DNA of 64,000 nucleotides, taken from assembly GCF_963921235.1 (NCBI RefSeq), contig NC_086097.1, forward strand, positions 97,962,001-98,026,000, read 5' to 3'. Every line of letters starts with the position of its first letter. Positions within the stretch are counted from its first letter, which is position 1. Below, piece after piece: positions 40,448 through 52,802 of the stretch. The DNA is from Mobula hypostoma. Lineage: Eukaryota. Under the pieces are notes generated by a model. That model saw nothing but the letters and a program-made list of their open reading frames with translations, was not told the origin of the DNA and did no database searches. Made by a program: the position numbers and the translations under genes.

Positions 40448-40662
40448 CTTTAAGATGGTGTCGAGGTCAGCGGGTTGCTCATTGAGCCGGATTCTGCCCG
40501 CTTTGGCTGCCTCTGTGTAATACTCGATGGGCTCCACCCGAAACTCCGTACTGAAGACATCTCGCAGGGTCTTCCCCACCCAGCGGCCCTTGCAGTAGGT
40601 CTGGAAGTCAAAGTAGTAAGGAAGGACCTTCCTCAGGCCATGCTCGAAGTAATACTCCGTCT
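40448..40662 (-). CDS. RPUSD2: RPUSD2 exon 2 (S4-like region)
   Basis: CCTCAG|AG ACG gives ETEYYFEHGLRKVLPYYFDFQTYCKGRWVG..LDTILK|GTACGA; 215 bp, phase 1/0. Confidence 0.96.
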
Positions 40663-41589
40663 CTGAGGGAGAAGCGGGAAGCAGTGTCACCAACCAGACA
40701 GACCCCAGCACACACCACCTTGACACCTAGTCTCGACACTCACAGATCCTGGATGGACTGGGTCTGCATCCGGAACAGCAACCAGCTGGGGTCTGGGGTT
40801 TGGAGTGTTGCCACTTTTGGTGTAGGAAGCGCAGGAGCCCCAGCTTTTGCTGTCAATCCCTCAGTCAGAGTGCACAGGACAGAGCACAGACGGGAATGAG
40901 ACTGGGGGCAGGGCAGGTTGCTGTTTGCAGGATGAGTAATCGCACCCCAAATCAGTGGGAGAATCAGATTGCAAATCAAGTCATTGGGCGTTTGGGGAGG
41001 CTGGGGAGAGCAGGGAGCTAGCATGAGCCATTTTGGGTGAACAGCCTCTTCCTCTGACACAGGCTAAAGAGAATGAGAAAAATGGGTCCCTTCAGCAACA
41101 AGTAGCAAGCACAACAGATGGACTGACAGGGCAGGTAAACCACTACCCTCCAGAGCGCAGACAGCACCCTCACCAGAGTCAGCTCCCATGAGCAGCGGCG
41201 GTGTGTGGAAACCCAGAAGGACTGAGAGGAAGAGCTGCTGAAGGATGTAAGGTGCCCGGCTACCACAACCAGGGCAAAGTGACAAATCCCCCCCACCCAG
41301 GGCTTTAAACTGCAGCACCATCCACCGGGGCTGGCTGTGCTCCTAAGTCGTGTGAAGTACTGCGAACGGCTCAAGGAGGTGGTGTCACACCGTGTGGTGG
41401 GCAGGGGAGATGAGCTGTGCCCTCCCCGGGCTTCTGTGGTATCAGGCCTGGGCTACTGGCGAGGACGTCCAGACCCGGTGGATTTAAGGAGCATCAGGGC
41501 AAGGGGAGTGGAGTGGGGCAACGTGAGATCGAAGGGGGTTATTAAAGGGCTCAGGAAGCGAAGGGCAGGAGCGAGCAAGGTGCATGGAG

Positions 41590-42180
41590 GTAATGGCGAG
41601 CCGAGGCAGGCGACCCGGGGCAGGCCGCCCGGGCTGGGAGGGTGACAGACCTCGCTATGCGGGGAATGACGTGCATTCAAAACCATGAAATCAGATTAAA
41701 ATGAATAAATGAGACGTTTAAAATTAATTTGCATCAGGTGCGGAGCTGACGAAGCCTCTCGTCAATGAAACAATTTACGGCGCTGAGTTTTGGTTCCCCT
41801 ACCCCCGCCCGCGCACTCGCTCACCACTCCAGAGGTCACCGTGAAACGAGGAGACGATTGATGGTGCTCCACCGGGGCCCGCCCGCACTCACCGCTGAAG
41901 TGCTGATGACTGAAGCTGATACCCAGGTTCTTCTTGCTGGGCGGGGGCACGTAGCGTTCGCCCGGCTGGCCGCGTTTGCCCTTCTTGCTCCGCTGCTTCT
42001 TGGTCGGGGGTTGCCCGACCCCGGGCTCTTCCTCCAGTCCTTTCCGTTTATCGCCGCCGGCCGCCCCGCTCATCCTGGCGGCGACCAGGCGATACGCGGG
42101 TGGGCGGCAACGCGACCACCACATAGACTTCCGGTTGGAAAAGGACCCCGGGTGCGTCCCAAAATATGCCTGATCCACTG
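41590..42180 (-). promoter_or_regulatory. CpG-rich promoter/exon 1 region with ETS motif CCGGAAGT at 42134-42127
   Basis: Visibly CpG-dense; ETS core lies 2 nt upstream of the first ATG; typical of housekeeping promoters. Confidence 0.65.
41893..42124 (-). CDS. RPUSD2: RPUSD2 exon 1 coding part (alternative in-frame ATG at 42073)
   Basis: MWWSRCR..MSGAAGG..ERYVPPPSKKNLGISFSHQHFS then donor G|GTGAGT at 41893/41892; frame joins exon 2. Confidence 0.9.
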
Positions 42181-42491
42181 ACTCTGTCTTTCTTGCATTT
42201 TATTGTGTTACAAACGAGCGGTGTGAATCTGCGGGCCACAGACACACAGCGCACACACACACAGGCAGTGTCACTCACCATGTCAACACTACAATAATCC
42301 CATTTATCCGCATAGGCATTCAAGTATTTGTACCCATGTTTCTTACCTGTTGTGACAGTATCGACCGCGACCATTTCTTTCAGACCCCCAGTCATCCTCT
42401 GTGGAGTAAAATACCTACTCATTTAAGGAGATCTAGAGGGGAGCGAGAGCTACAGCTCGATGACTTGGTCTCAGACGGAAGAATGAGGAGG

Positions 42492-44047
42492 AGACAATAG
42501 ACAATAGGTGCAGGAGTAGGCCTTTCGGCCCTTCGAGCCAGCACCGCCATTCACTGTGATCATGGCTGATCATCCACTATCAGTATTCAGTTCCTGCCTT
42601 ATCCCCATAACCTTTGATTCCGCTATCTTTAAGAGCTCTATCCATCTCTTTCTTGAAAGCATCCAGAGACTTGGCCTCCACGGCCTTCTGGGGCAGAGCA
42701 TTCCATATATCCCCCACTCTGTGTGAAAAAGTTTTTCCTCAACTCCATTCTAAATGGCCTACCCCTAATTCTTAAACTGTGGCCTCTGGTTCTGGAATCA
42801 CCCATCAGCAGGAACATGCTTCCTGCCTCCAGCGTGTCCAATCCCTTAATAATCTTTTATGTTTCAATAAGATCCCCTCTCAGCCTTCTAAATTCCAGAG
42901 TATACAAGCCCAGTCGCTCCAATCTTTCGACATATGACAGTCCCGCCATCACAGGAATTAACCTTGTGAACCTACGCTGCACTCCCTCAATAGCAAGAAT
43001 GTCCTTCCTCAAATTTGGAGACCAAAACTGCACACAGTACTCCAGGTGTGGTCTCACCAGGGCCCTGTACAGCTGCAGAAGGACCTCTTTGCTCTTATAC
43101 TCAATTCCCCTTGTTATGAAGGCCAGCATGCCATTAGCTTTCTTCACTGCCTGCTGTACTTGCATGCTTGCTTTCAGTGACTGATGTACAAGAACATCAA
43201 GATCTCGTTGTGCTTCCCCTTTTCCTAACTTGACTCCATTTAGATAATAATCTGCCTTCCTGTTCTTACCACCAAAGTGGATAACCTCACATTTATCCAC
43301 ATTAAACTGCATCTGCCCACTCACCCAGCCTGTCCAAGTTACCCTGCATTCTCATAACGTCCTCCTTACATTTCATACTGCCACCCAGCTTTGTGTCATT
43401 GGCAAATTTGCTAATGTTACTTTTAATTCCCTCATCTAAATCATTAATATATATTGTAAACAGCTGCGGTCCCAGCACTGAACCCTGCGGTACCCCACTG
43501 GTCACCGCCTGCCATTCCGAAAGGGACCCATTAATCGCTACACTTTGTTTTCTATCAGCTAGCCAATTTTCAATCCATGTCAGTACTCTGCCCCCAATAC
43601 CACGTGCCTTAATTTTGCCCACTAATCTCCTATGTGGGACTTTATCAAAGGCTTTCTGAAAGTCCAGGTACACTACATCCACTGGCTCTCCCTTGTCCAT
43701 TTTCATAGTTACATCCTCAAAAAATTCCAGAAGATTAGTCAAGCACGATTTCCCCTTCGTAAATCCATGCTGACTCGGACCAATCCTGTTACTACTATCC
43801 AGATGTGTCGTAATTTCATCTTTTATAATTGACTCCAGCATCTTTCCCACCACCGACGTCAGGCTAACCGGTCTATAATTCCCTGTTTTTTCTCTTCCTC
43901 CCTTCTTGAACAGAGGGACAACATTAGCCACCCTCCAATCCACAGGAACTGATCCTGAATCTATAGAACATTGGAAAATGATTACCAATGCGTCCACGAT
44001 TTCTAAAGTCACCTCCTTAAGTACCCTGGGATGCAGACCATCGGGTT
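42492..44047 (-). mobile_element. 5'-truncated CR1 (RT and 3' tail), relatively young
   Basis: ORFs 43302-44195 (part; GVPQGSVLGP, FANDTK), 42857-43324 and 42638-42841; (CTATTGT)n tail; similar to 59230-60800. Confidence 0.95.
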
Positions 44048-44579
44048 CAAATATTAAAATATTTTTGATTGATCGCAGGTGAGTACAAAAACACTTTCTA
44101 ACACAGAAGCACCTTGTATAACTGCGTTCACTCTGATCACACAGGGAATTAATTCTGGAGAATTCATGGCACCTGGATGTAACAAACACTGACAAAAGAG
44201 GGTGCTAAAGTACTTTTAAAATCGTGAATCTGTTTGGAAATGGAGAACCTCTTGAATTACTCATTTGTGTTGTTCAGGCTGCATAGTGTTGCAGTTCCGG
44301 AGACTGGTTCAGGCTGTTTGAAGATTGCCCATTCTACATGTGATCGTCTTTTGTTTCCTCCCACATTTCAATGAAGAACAGAGAGGCTAATGGGTTATGG
44401 TACATTCCCCCTTCGTGCAGGCATGTGGCAACAAGAGCCAGAAGGCTGTTGACAGGAGATGAGACTGAGAATAACTATGGGGTAAAGGGAAATAAGGAGG
44501 CCGGGACTGGGACCGCTGGAGGACAGCACAGACTCCATGTGTCAAAATTCTTCTCATGAAAATTAATTTGTGATGGTTA

Positions 44580-45985
44580 TGTAGATGTCAGAGGCACTCA
44601 AGAGCAGTATAGAGATCTCTATACTGAAATGAGGCACAACATCATAAAACAGGTCTGAGAAGCAGAAGAAGTACCCAAGGACTGGAGAACAGGACATCTA
44701 GTTCAAATCCCTAAGAAAGGAGATCTCCAGGAATGCAAAAACTACAGAGGGATAATGTTGCTTTTAGTGCCAGGGAAAGTTCTGAGCAGAATCATTTTAG
44801 AGAGATTGAAAAATGTAGTGGATGAGAAGCTTAGAGATGAACAAGCAGGATTTCGACAAAACAAGTCTTGAACTGATCAAATTACAACTCTAAGGACTAT
44901 CATTGAACAGAATGGAACACATCACTCTACATTGATTTTGTAGATTATGAAAAAGCACTTGACAGCCTGGACCGGGAGACATTGTGGAAACTAGTGAGGC
45001 ATCTTGGGATTCCAGAGAAGTTAACTAACTTGGGAAAGAAGATCTATGCAGAATAATCCATATAGGTCAGTTGTCAGATACTTTCAAGGTGAACACTGGG
45101 GTACGACAGGGATGCTTACTGTCCCTTTTCTCTTCCTGCTGGTGGTGGACTGGATTATGAAGCAAACAACAGATGGCAAGAAGAATGGAATATAGTGGAC
45201 ATTGTTCAGACAGCTGGATGATCTTGACTTTGCTGATGATTTGGCACTACTGTCACACAGCCATGCCCAGATGCAAGAGAAAATAGATCTTCTAGACTCC
45301 ACATCGCAGAAAATAGGGCTCCACATCCATGTGGGGAAAACAAAATTACTAAAAGTAAATGCAGGAAACAACACAATTATCCTGAGAAATGTTCCTCTAG
45401 AAGAAGCGGAGTCATTTGTCTATCTGGGAAGCATTGTCAACAAGGAAAGAGGTACAGACCAGGATCCAAAAGCCAGAGGAGCCTTCATAATACTACCTCC
45501 AGTTTGGACGGCAAAAGAACTAAGGTTAAGAACCAAACTGAGAATCTTCAACTCAAATGTCAAATCTGTCCCCTTATATGGCTCTGAAACTTGGAGACTG
45601 ACATCAAAAGCTATCAGAAAAATCCAGACCTTCATCAACAAATGCTTGCGTCAGATTTTGGGGCTAACATGGATAGATTATGTGAACAATACAGAATTGT
45701 GGCAAAGGACCAACCAGACACCATTTGAGGCAGAGATCAAGAGAAGGAAGTGGTGCTGGGTAGGAAGCCCCCGAATAGTATCACCAGACAAGCTCTCACA
45801 TGGAATCCTCAGGGCAAGCGAAATCGAGGTAAGCCCAAGTCCACATGGAGGAGGGAAGTGTTAACCGACGCCAGGAGAGTGGGAATGACATGGTCACAGC
45901 TGGAGAGATATGCACAAGACAGGTTGATCTAGAAAGAGGTTGTTGATGGCCTATGCTCACTAGTGAGTTGAAAGGCAGAAGAAGA
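44580..45985 (+). mobile_element. RTE-clade LINE, 5'-truncated and degraded
   Basis: IPKKGDLQECKNYRGI, LRDEQAGFR, LDDLDFADDLALLSH, KLRIFNSNVKSV.LYGSETW, ALTWNPQGKRNRGKPK. Confidence 0.9.
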
Positions 45986-46168
45986 TGTAGATGTACCACC
46001 CAGTCCGGTCCTGAGTGAAAAAGTAATAGTATTGTACTTAGATGAGACTCAAGGAAATTAACCTCTGTCAACACCCTGGTAGTGCTGTAATCCCAGGGTA
46101 GTGAGGGATAGATGAAAATCAGCCAGGAATCCTGACACTGGTGGAATTTTCTACTTGTATCTTCATTC

Positions 46169-46668
46169 ACCATAAGACCATAAGACAAAGGAGCAGAAGT
46201 CGGCCATTTGGCCCATCGAGTCTGCTCCACCATTTTATCATGAGCTGATCCATTCTCCCATTTAGTCCCACTCCCCCGCCTTCTCACCATAACCTTTGAT
46301 GCCCTGGCTACTCAGATACCTATCAATCTCTGCCTTAAATACACCCAATGACTTGACCTCCACTGCCGCCCGTGGCAACAAATTCCATAGATTCACCACC
46401 CTCTGGCTAAAAAAATTTCTTCGCATTTCTGTTCTGAATGGCCGCTCTTCAATCCTTAAGTCATGCCCCCTCGTACTAGACACCCCCATCATGGGAAACA
46501 ACTTTGCCACATCCACTCTGTCCATGCCTTTCAACGTTCGAAATGTTTCTATGAGATCTCCCCTCATCATTCTAAACTCCAAGGAATACAGTCCAAGAGC
46601 GGACAAACGTTCCTCAGATGTTAACCCTCTCATTCCTGGAATCATCCTAGTGATTCTTCTCTCTACCG
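46169..46668 (-). mobile_element. CR1 3' fragment
   Basis: ORF 46262-46675 (RGDLIETF..FFSQRVVNLWN) plus short tandem tail. Confidence 0.9.
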
Positions 46669-47118
46669 TCTTCATGGATAAAACACTTCAATGCCACTTG
46701 ATTCTGATGAAAGATTCTGAAGAAATTTAACAGTTTCTCAGACAGAATTTGGCCAAGTGAGAATCTGGATTAGATTGGATTGGAATTGGTTTATTATTGT
46801 CACATGTACCAACGTACAGTGAAAAACTTATCTTGCATACTGTTCATACACATCAGATCATTACAGAGTGCATTGAGGCAGTACAAGGTAATTCAATAAC
46901 AGATGCGGAATAAAGTGTAACAGCTACAGAGAAAGTGCAGTGCTGGTAAACGACAAAGTGCAAGATCATAATGATGTATATTGCAGTCTTTCTTATCATC
47001 CCAGTGAACTATTCAGTAGTCTTATAACAGCAGTATTGAAGTTGTGCTTGAGTCTGGTGGCATGTGCTTTTAGGCATTTGTATCTACTGCCCAATGGGAG
47101 AGGGGCGAAGAGAGAATG

Positions 47119-47320
47119 TCACACCCAGAATATTGCAGGAACTCAGCAGGTCAAGCAGCATCTATGGAGAGGAATGAAGAGTCAACATTTCGGGCCAAGA
47201 TCCTTTATTAGGACTTGATCGGAAATGTCGACTCTTTATTCCTCTCCATAGATGCTGCCTGACCTCCAGCGTTTTGTGTGTGTTACTCTGGATCCCCAGC
47301 ATCTGCAGAATATCTTGTGA
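47119..47320. mobile_element. Older fold-back Penelope-end element with a degenerate hammerhead core
   Basis: GCAGCATCTATGGAGAGGAAT..GAGTC is inverted against GACTC..ATTCCTCTCCATAGATGCTGC; minus core reads CTAATAA instead of CTGATGA. Confidence 0.7.
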
Positions 47321-47679
47321 TTTTAAGAAGAGAGATTGGCCAAGGTGTGGAGTTTTTTATTATGTTGACTGCATCACTTAGACGCTTAGACAAACTCCAT
47401 GGAGGGGAGGCTGGTTCCTGTGATGGACTGAACTGCATCCACAACTTTCCACTATTTTCTGTTCTATTTCAAATTTCCAGCCTTTGCTCCTGGACGTTTA
47501 AGTTAGTTGTGATTGCCATCAGGAAGTAAATCCTATAAGGGAATTTTAAAAGAGGTAGCCTTAACAAGTAGACTAAAAGTTCTGATATTGATATGAAAAC
47601 CAGATTCAAATGAATGAGTACTTAGAAAAAGCAGTGAAGTTCATTTTAATTCTATTTTGCATTGCCACACTATAATGTC

Positions 47680-48263
47680 TGTCCACAGCCTGGATGAAAG
47701 CTACGTGTTAAAGAGGACCAGTATCTCATTCTGCCTGGGAAGTGTCCAACCAGGCAGGACCGACTTTGAATTCTAACTGCTGGTAGTCGCTCCCCCGTCC
47801 CTTCTCCCCTTTTTTCCCCCCATTGCTCTCCCCTGCTGATCCAACTGACCCCCCCTTCACCCTTTCTATTCGCCCCTCCACTCACCCTCACCATCCGCTC
47901 GTCACTCCTCCTACTGGCTCTTCAGTCTCCCTCCCTTTACCCCGTTCTCCATCGTCTTCTCCTATCAAATTCCAGCCTCTTCAGCTCTTTGCTGCTCCCA
48001 ACTATCACACACTCACCTATCACCTTTTGCTCCACGCCTTTCATACCGGCTAACTCCCCCAACTCAACCCAAAATTTCAACTAACTCTCCATAGACGCTG
48101 CCTGACCTGTAGAATTCCTCCAGCACCTTTGTGTGTTGTTTTGTATGGTGGGAAGAGGTTGGTATAGGACCTTTGAGTTACAAGTGTTAAGTAAGTGCCC
48201 ATCTCATTCTACCTGGGAAGTATCCAACCAGGCAGTACGGACTTTGAATTCTAACTGCTGGTA
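47680..48263 (+). mobile_element. Degraded Penelope-like 3' region with a 63-bp direct duplication
   Basis: Same order as 49650-50159 (ORF end, pyrimidine tract, CCATAGA.GCTGCCTGACCTG tail); 47723-47785 is repeated at 48201-48263. Confidence 0.55.
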
Positions 48264-49387
48264 CGCTTCATACCCCTTGCTGAATTTCCTCATAGTCGCT
48301 CCAACAATATTAATACATTTTTCTGTGGTTTCTAATTTCTGCTGCATTTTCTCTAACTCTCTTACTAAATTCCCATGGAGTCCTTATAACCCTTCCCATT
48401 AAATTCCCTTGCAATCCCTTAATTACGTTTACTGAATTCCTTGTTAAACCTCCTATAAATTCCTATTGCAATCCCTGGAATTTTCTTGTTGCAACCACAA
48501 ACACTCCCACTTGAGTCCTGATAACATTCTAACTAAACTCCCTTATAGTTCCTCTAGTTCTTCCTAAATGTCCTTTCTATTGTGTATTTTAAAAATTTAT
48601 ATAACTACCAATGCTTACTAAATTTCCCTGCAACTTCAATAATTCGAAACAAGAACAGAGGGGCACAACGATTCGAAGTATATTTATTATCGAAGTATGT
48701 GTACAGTATACAACCCCCAGATTCGTCCTCTCCACAGACAGCCACCAAACATAGAAAACTATGGAACTCATTCAAAAAAAATCAACACCCCCCACCACAT
48801 GCAAAAAGAATTTCACAAATGACAACAAAAAAACCAGCTAAAAACACAGAATATCAAACACAAAACTGAAAGAGTCCATATTCAGTTCAGTACCTGCAGG
48901 ATACCCCGATCAAAATCACCCAAAAATAGCAACATGGAAAAAAAGGAGCAGCCAGGAGTCAGAAACACAGCACAATGTGAACTACAGAGTCTAATGCACA
49001 AACCATGTGGATTAGACCTTGCTGAAAACCCAGAAGGCGGCACAGGCACGTAGACTAAGACGAAACACAGAACACAGAACGTTATACATAAATTACACAA
49101 GACAGTGAAGAAGGAAAAGACGATTTAACACAAGACAGCAGGCCAAAAATGCCACAATCAGACACAAGTTCATGGTGGTGCAAACGGTGGTCTGTAGTGT
49201 TCCTTTGCTGAGGAAGGATTAGGGTTGTGCAGGTTTGCTCAAGAACCTGGTTTTGTAGGAAAGCAACTGTTCCTGAACAGGGTGCTGAGGGACTTCAGGC
49301 TTCTATATCTCTTGCCTGATGGTAGCAATGAGAGGGGGGCCTGACCTGGACTTCTCTGTACTTTTGCCTAACTGAATTCCTCAATCA

Positions 49388-50159
49388 ACTTACCACCATT
49401 CAGGGCCCCAAACAGTCCTTCCAGGTGAGGCATCACTTCACCTGTGAGTCGGCTGGGGTGATATACTGCGTCCGGTGCTCCCGATGTGGCCTTTTATATA
49501 TTGGTGAGACCCGACGCAGACTGGGAGACCGCTTTGCTGAACATCTACGCTCTGTCCGCCAGAGAAAGCAGGATCTCCCAGTGGCCACACATTTTAATTC
49601 CACATCCCATTCCCATTCTGACATGTCTATCCACGGCCTCCTCTACTGTAAAGATGAAGCCACACTCAGGTTGGAGGAACAACACCTTATATTCCGTCTG
49701 GGTAGCCTCCAACCTGATGGCATGAACATCGACTTCACTAACTTCCGCTAAGGCCCCACCTCCCCCTCGTACCCCATCTGTTACTCATTTTTATGCACAC
49801 ATTCTTTCTCTCACTCTCCTTTTTCCTCCCTCTGTCCCTCTGAATATACCTCTTGCCCATCCTCTGGGTCACCCCCCCCTTGTCTTTCTTCCCGGTCTTT
49901 CTTCCCGGACCTCCTGTCCCATGATCCTCTCGTATCCCCTTTTGCCTATCACCTGTCCAGCTCTCGGCTCTATCCCTCCCCCTCCTGTCTTCTCCTATCA
50001 TTTTGCATCTCCCCCTCCCCCTCCAGCTTTCAAATCCCTTACTCACTCTTCCTTCAGTTAGTCCTGACGAAGGGTCTCGGCCTGAAACGTCGACTGCGCC
50101 TCTTCCTATAGATGCTGCTTGGCCTGCTGCGTTCACCAGCAAATTTGATGTATGTTGCT
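49388..50159 (+). mobile_element. Penelope-like retroelement, 5'-truncated, GIY-YIG endonuclease domain intact, 15-bp TSD
   Basis: ORF 49425-49751 FTCESAGVIYCVRCSRCGLLYIGETRRRLGDRFAEH..VATHFN..E..GMN; TGAATTCCTCAATCA at 49373-49387 and 50160-50174. Confidence 0.92.
50060..50095 (+). ncRNA. Minimal type I hammerhead ribozyme (predicted)
   Basis: AGTC-CTGACGA-AGGGTCTCGGCCT-GAAAC-GTC-GACT: stem I AGTC/GACT, core boxes CUGANGA and GAAAC, GUC triplet with predicted cleavage after 50091. Confidence 0.75.
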
Positions 50160-51008
50160 TGAATTCCTCAATCATTCTTAGCAAGTCCCCCTGCAGTACC
50201 TATAACTTACTGAATTTCCTGAATTCCTATAAATCTCTTAGACTAATACAGCAGTCAGTTCAACATTGATCAAATCTTTCTTCTACTCCTTTAGTGTACT
50301 TACTGAACTGCCCTGCGGCTCCCAAAACAAATTTCCTGCATTTCCTATAATATCTAACTAAACCCTTGTCACAATCATTCCCTCATATTCTTACAATTTT
50401 CCTGCACCCCCTTTTCCATTTTACTGAATACCATGCAGTCCTTATAACAATTTTGTTAAATACCCCCTCAAAGTGCTCATTACAAAATTACCCTGTATTC
50501 CTGATGCAGGCTCCACAGCACGCTTGCTAAATATCCCTCTGTCCTATACATGTTAACTCTATTGACTCCAGCTCCCTTACTAAATTGTTCTACTGTCCGC
50601 TGTCTGCCTAACTTGCCTTCTTACCACCACAAACAAGAGAAAATCTGCAGATGCCTTTTCACTATGATCTCTTACTAATTTCCCTGCAATAAGTTGTTTG
50701 ACAGCATCTTTAAGTCTCAGCTCTTTATAATGCGTAATACCTATTGCATCGAATGACCATCACCTTTTTGAATGCTGCCCTGACATAATTAAACTCCCAT
50801 CTCACCAGAGGGACAGGTAAACAATAGCCTTTGGTACCAACCTCTAGCCCACTGACACAGCTGAAGTGCATGCATTGTATCTAGCTGACACATCTAACAG
50901 AAATTGCGAATGGAAAAGTAGACAAGGCCGAAATTGATACTCCTCAATATTCTGGCCTCAGTAACCTTTATTATTTTCCCATATCACATCAATTACACGG
51001 AATTCAAT

Positions 51009-51019
51009 TTTATTTTAAT
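51009..51019 (-). terminator. Candidate polyadenylation signals for the methyltransferase gene
   Basis: Overlapping ATTAAA and AATAAA on minus, ending about 1.8 kb of repeat-free AT-rich sequence after the stop; a second AATAAA at 50972-50967. Confidence 0.45.
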
Positions 51020-52802
51020 ACAGATCCATTTTCAGAGTTAAATAGTGCCAGTATGCAGCAGCTGCTAAAAGCAGTGTGCAGGCTTCACGTCAAATTACAT
51101 TAATTAACAAAATTACACTCATCGCAGCAGGTTAACTTTGGAGCTTAATTACAACTGCATTTAAACAACCCACTGCTGAGGAAAACATTTCACATTTTCA
51201 GAGTTCAGACAATACTATTTCTCAAAAAAAATGCCACCGTTAAAAAATTATTATTTCTAAAATTGGGGGGTGGGGAATGAAGTTGTGGGAGGAAGTACAT
51301 GATTCTCAGGTCAATGTGCAAAAAGAAGTCAGCTCCAGTTTGTTTTGGAGCTTCAGTTAATTCGGTAGGACAGCTGTTCCTACTGCAGTGAAATCAGAAT
51401 ACGGCATTCTGCAATGATGAAAAAAATACTCAAAAAAAAGATAATTTTAACTGTATTCTTGCACAAAGAACATATTTCCATTCATTTAAATAAACTGACA
51501 TTTATAAATTGCACTCTATTGTATATTATTAAGCAATTATTGTTTGCAATTCAGAGTTGTTAAACATTTCCAATTAAACTTTTGTTCAAATGTTATCACT
51601 TCAGCATCTCTGGAATAAAACTTCAATCAAAACAACCAGTCATACTTCATATATTGGACTAGGAATGCTTCAAGTTACAATGGTCGAAGGATTTAGATCC
51701 CAAGATTGTCAGATGCAATCCACGCCCCAATAATCAACCTCATCTTTCCTCTAAACATCTCCTAGCCTTTGTGCACTGTCTAGTCTGTTATCGCCTTACA
51801 GAATACTTGTTGGCTGCAGATTTCAAAGAGGTGCCAACTTGGAGATGTGATCCACACACCACAGCTCTGAAATTTGTTGCCAGTAATTGAAAATATTAGA
51901 TTCTCTATTCATATTTAGTTTGCAGTCAGCAATAAATATATGAAAAATGTTCTTCTGTAGAGATTAGCTACAGAAGATGATCTCTAAAAGTTGTGCAACA
52001 ATTTACTTCAGCCCACATTGCTTGCAGTGTTGCTGTTGTCATATTCGTAGATTCCCTTACTCCTAGACCACACAGTGCAGAAGGCTGAAAAAAAAGGCAC
52101 ACACCAATGAAACCCCAATAACACTGCTACCTTCAAGCCATTTTTGAAAGTACATCTACTGCTTTATGATACCATACGAATTAATCAAGTCCTTTCTTGT
52201 CAATTTGTGTAAAAGAAAAGCAAGGATTACTTCTATGCTCAAAATTTGCTGATCATTCCAATTCTCACTAGCCCAAATCCCACTTCTGCCCATTCCCAGC
52301 AGCAAGACACGATAAAGAATGAATCTGGGTTTTCCTTCTTTTGTATTGGTTTATAATAATTTAAAAGGAAATTTACCAAACAAAAGAACTTGTATAGTAC
52401 CTTAGAAGCCATGAAAACATTTTAGATAATTTCAGCAGAAAGATGGGCAGAATTTCCATAATCAGTTTCTTTTTGGTGTTTGCAGTACGGTACTCGGAGT
52501 AGTATTAAGATGTGTGGCACCATCATCAGTTTCCTGGCCACTTTACTGCTGCCAGACCACAGCGATCCCAAGTAATAGCTCTAGTTGTTACCCCGTGTTT
52601 TAAATCCAATCACCATACAGTATACTCGAACACTTGACCAAGTCACGGGCGAGCATCAACCCCTGCTGTCAATCAATGGGGAGAAAAATGAGAATAGTTC
52701 CATAAACAATAATCTGAACAAAGTCTTTCAGAGAATATAAATTATGCTGGTTTTTAAAAGCAAGAAGCTGGAAGAAGATGAGAGAAATAGAGGTTCCCTT
52801 AC

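Noticed and set aside
42125..42178. Longer RPUSD2 N-terminus suggested by the ORF track
   Set aside because: Starts at GTG rather than ATG and overlaps the promoter motif.
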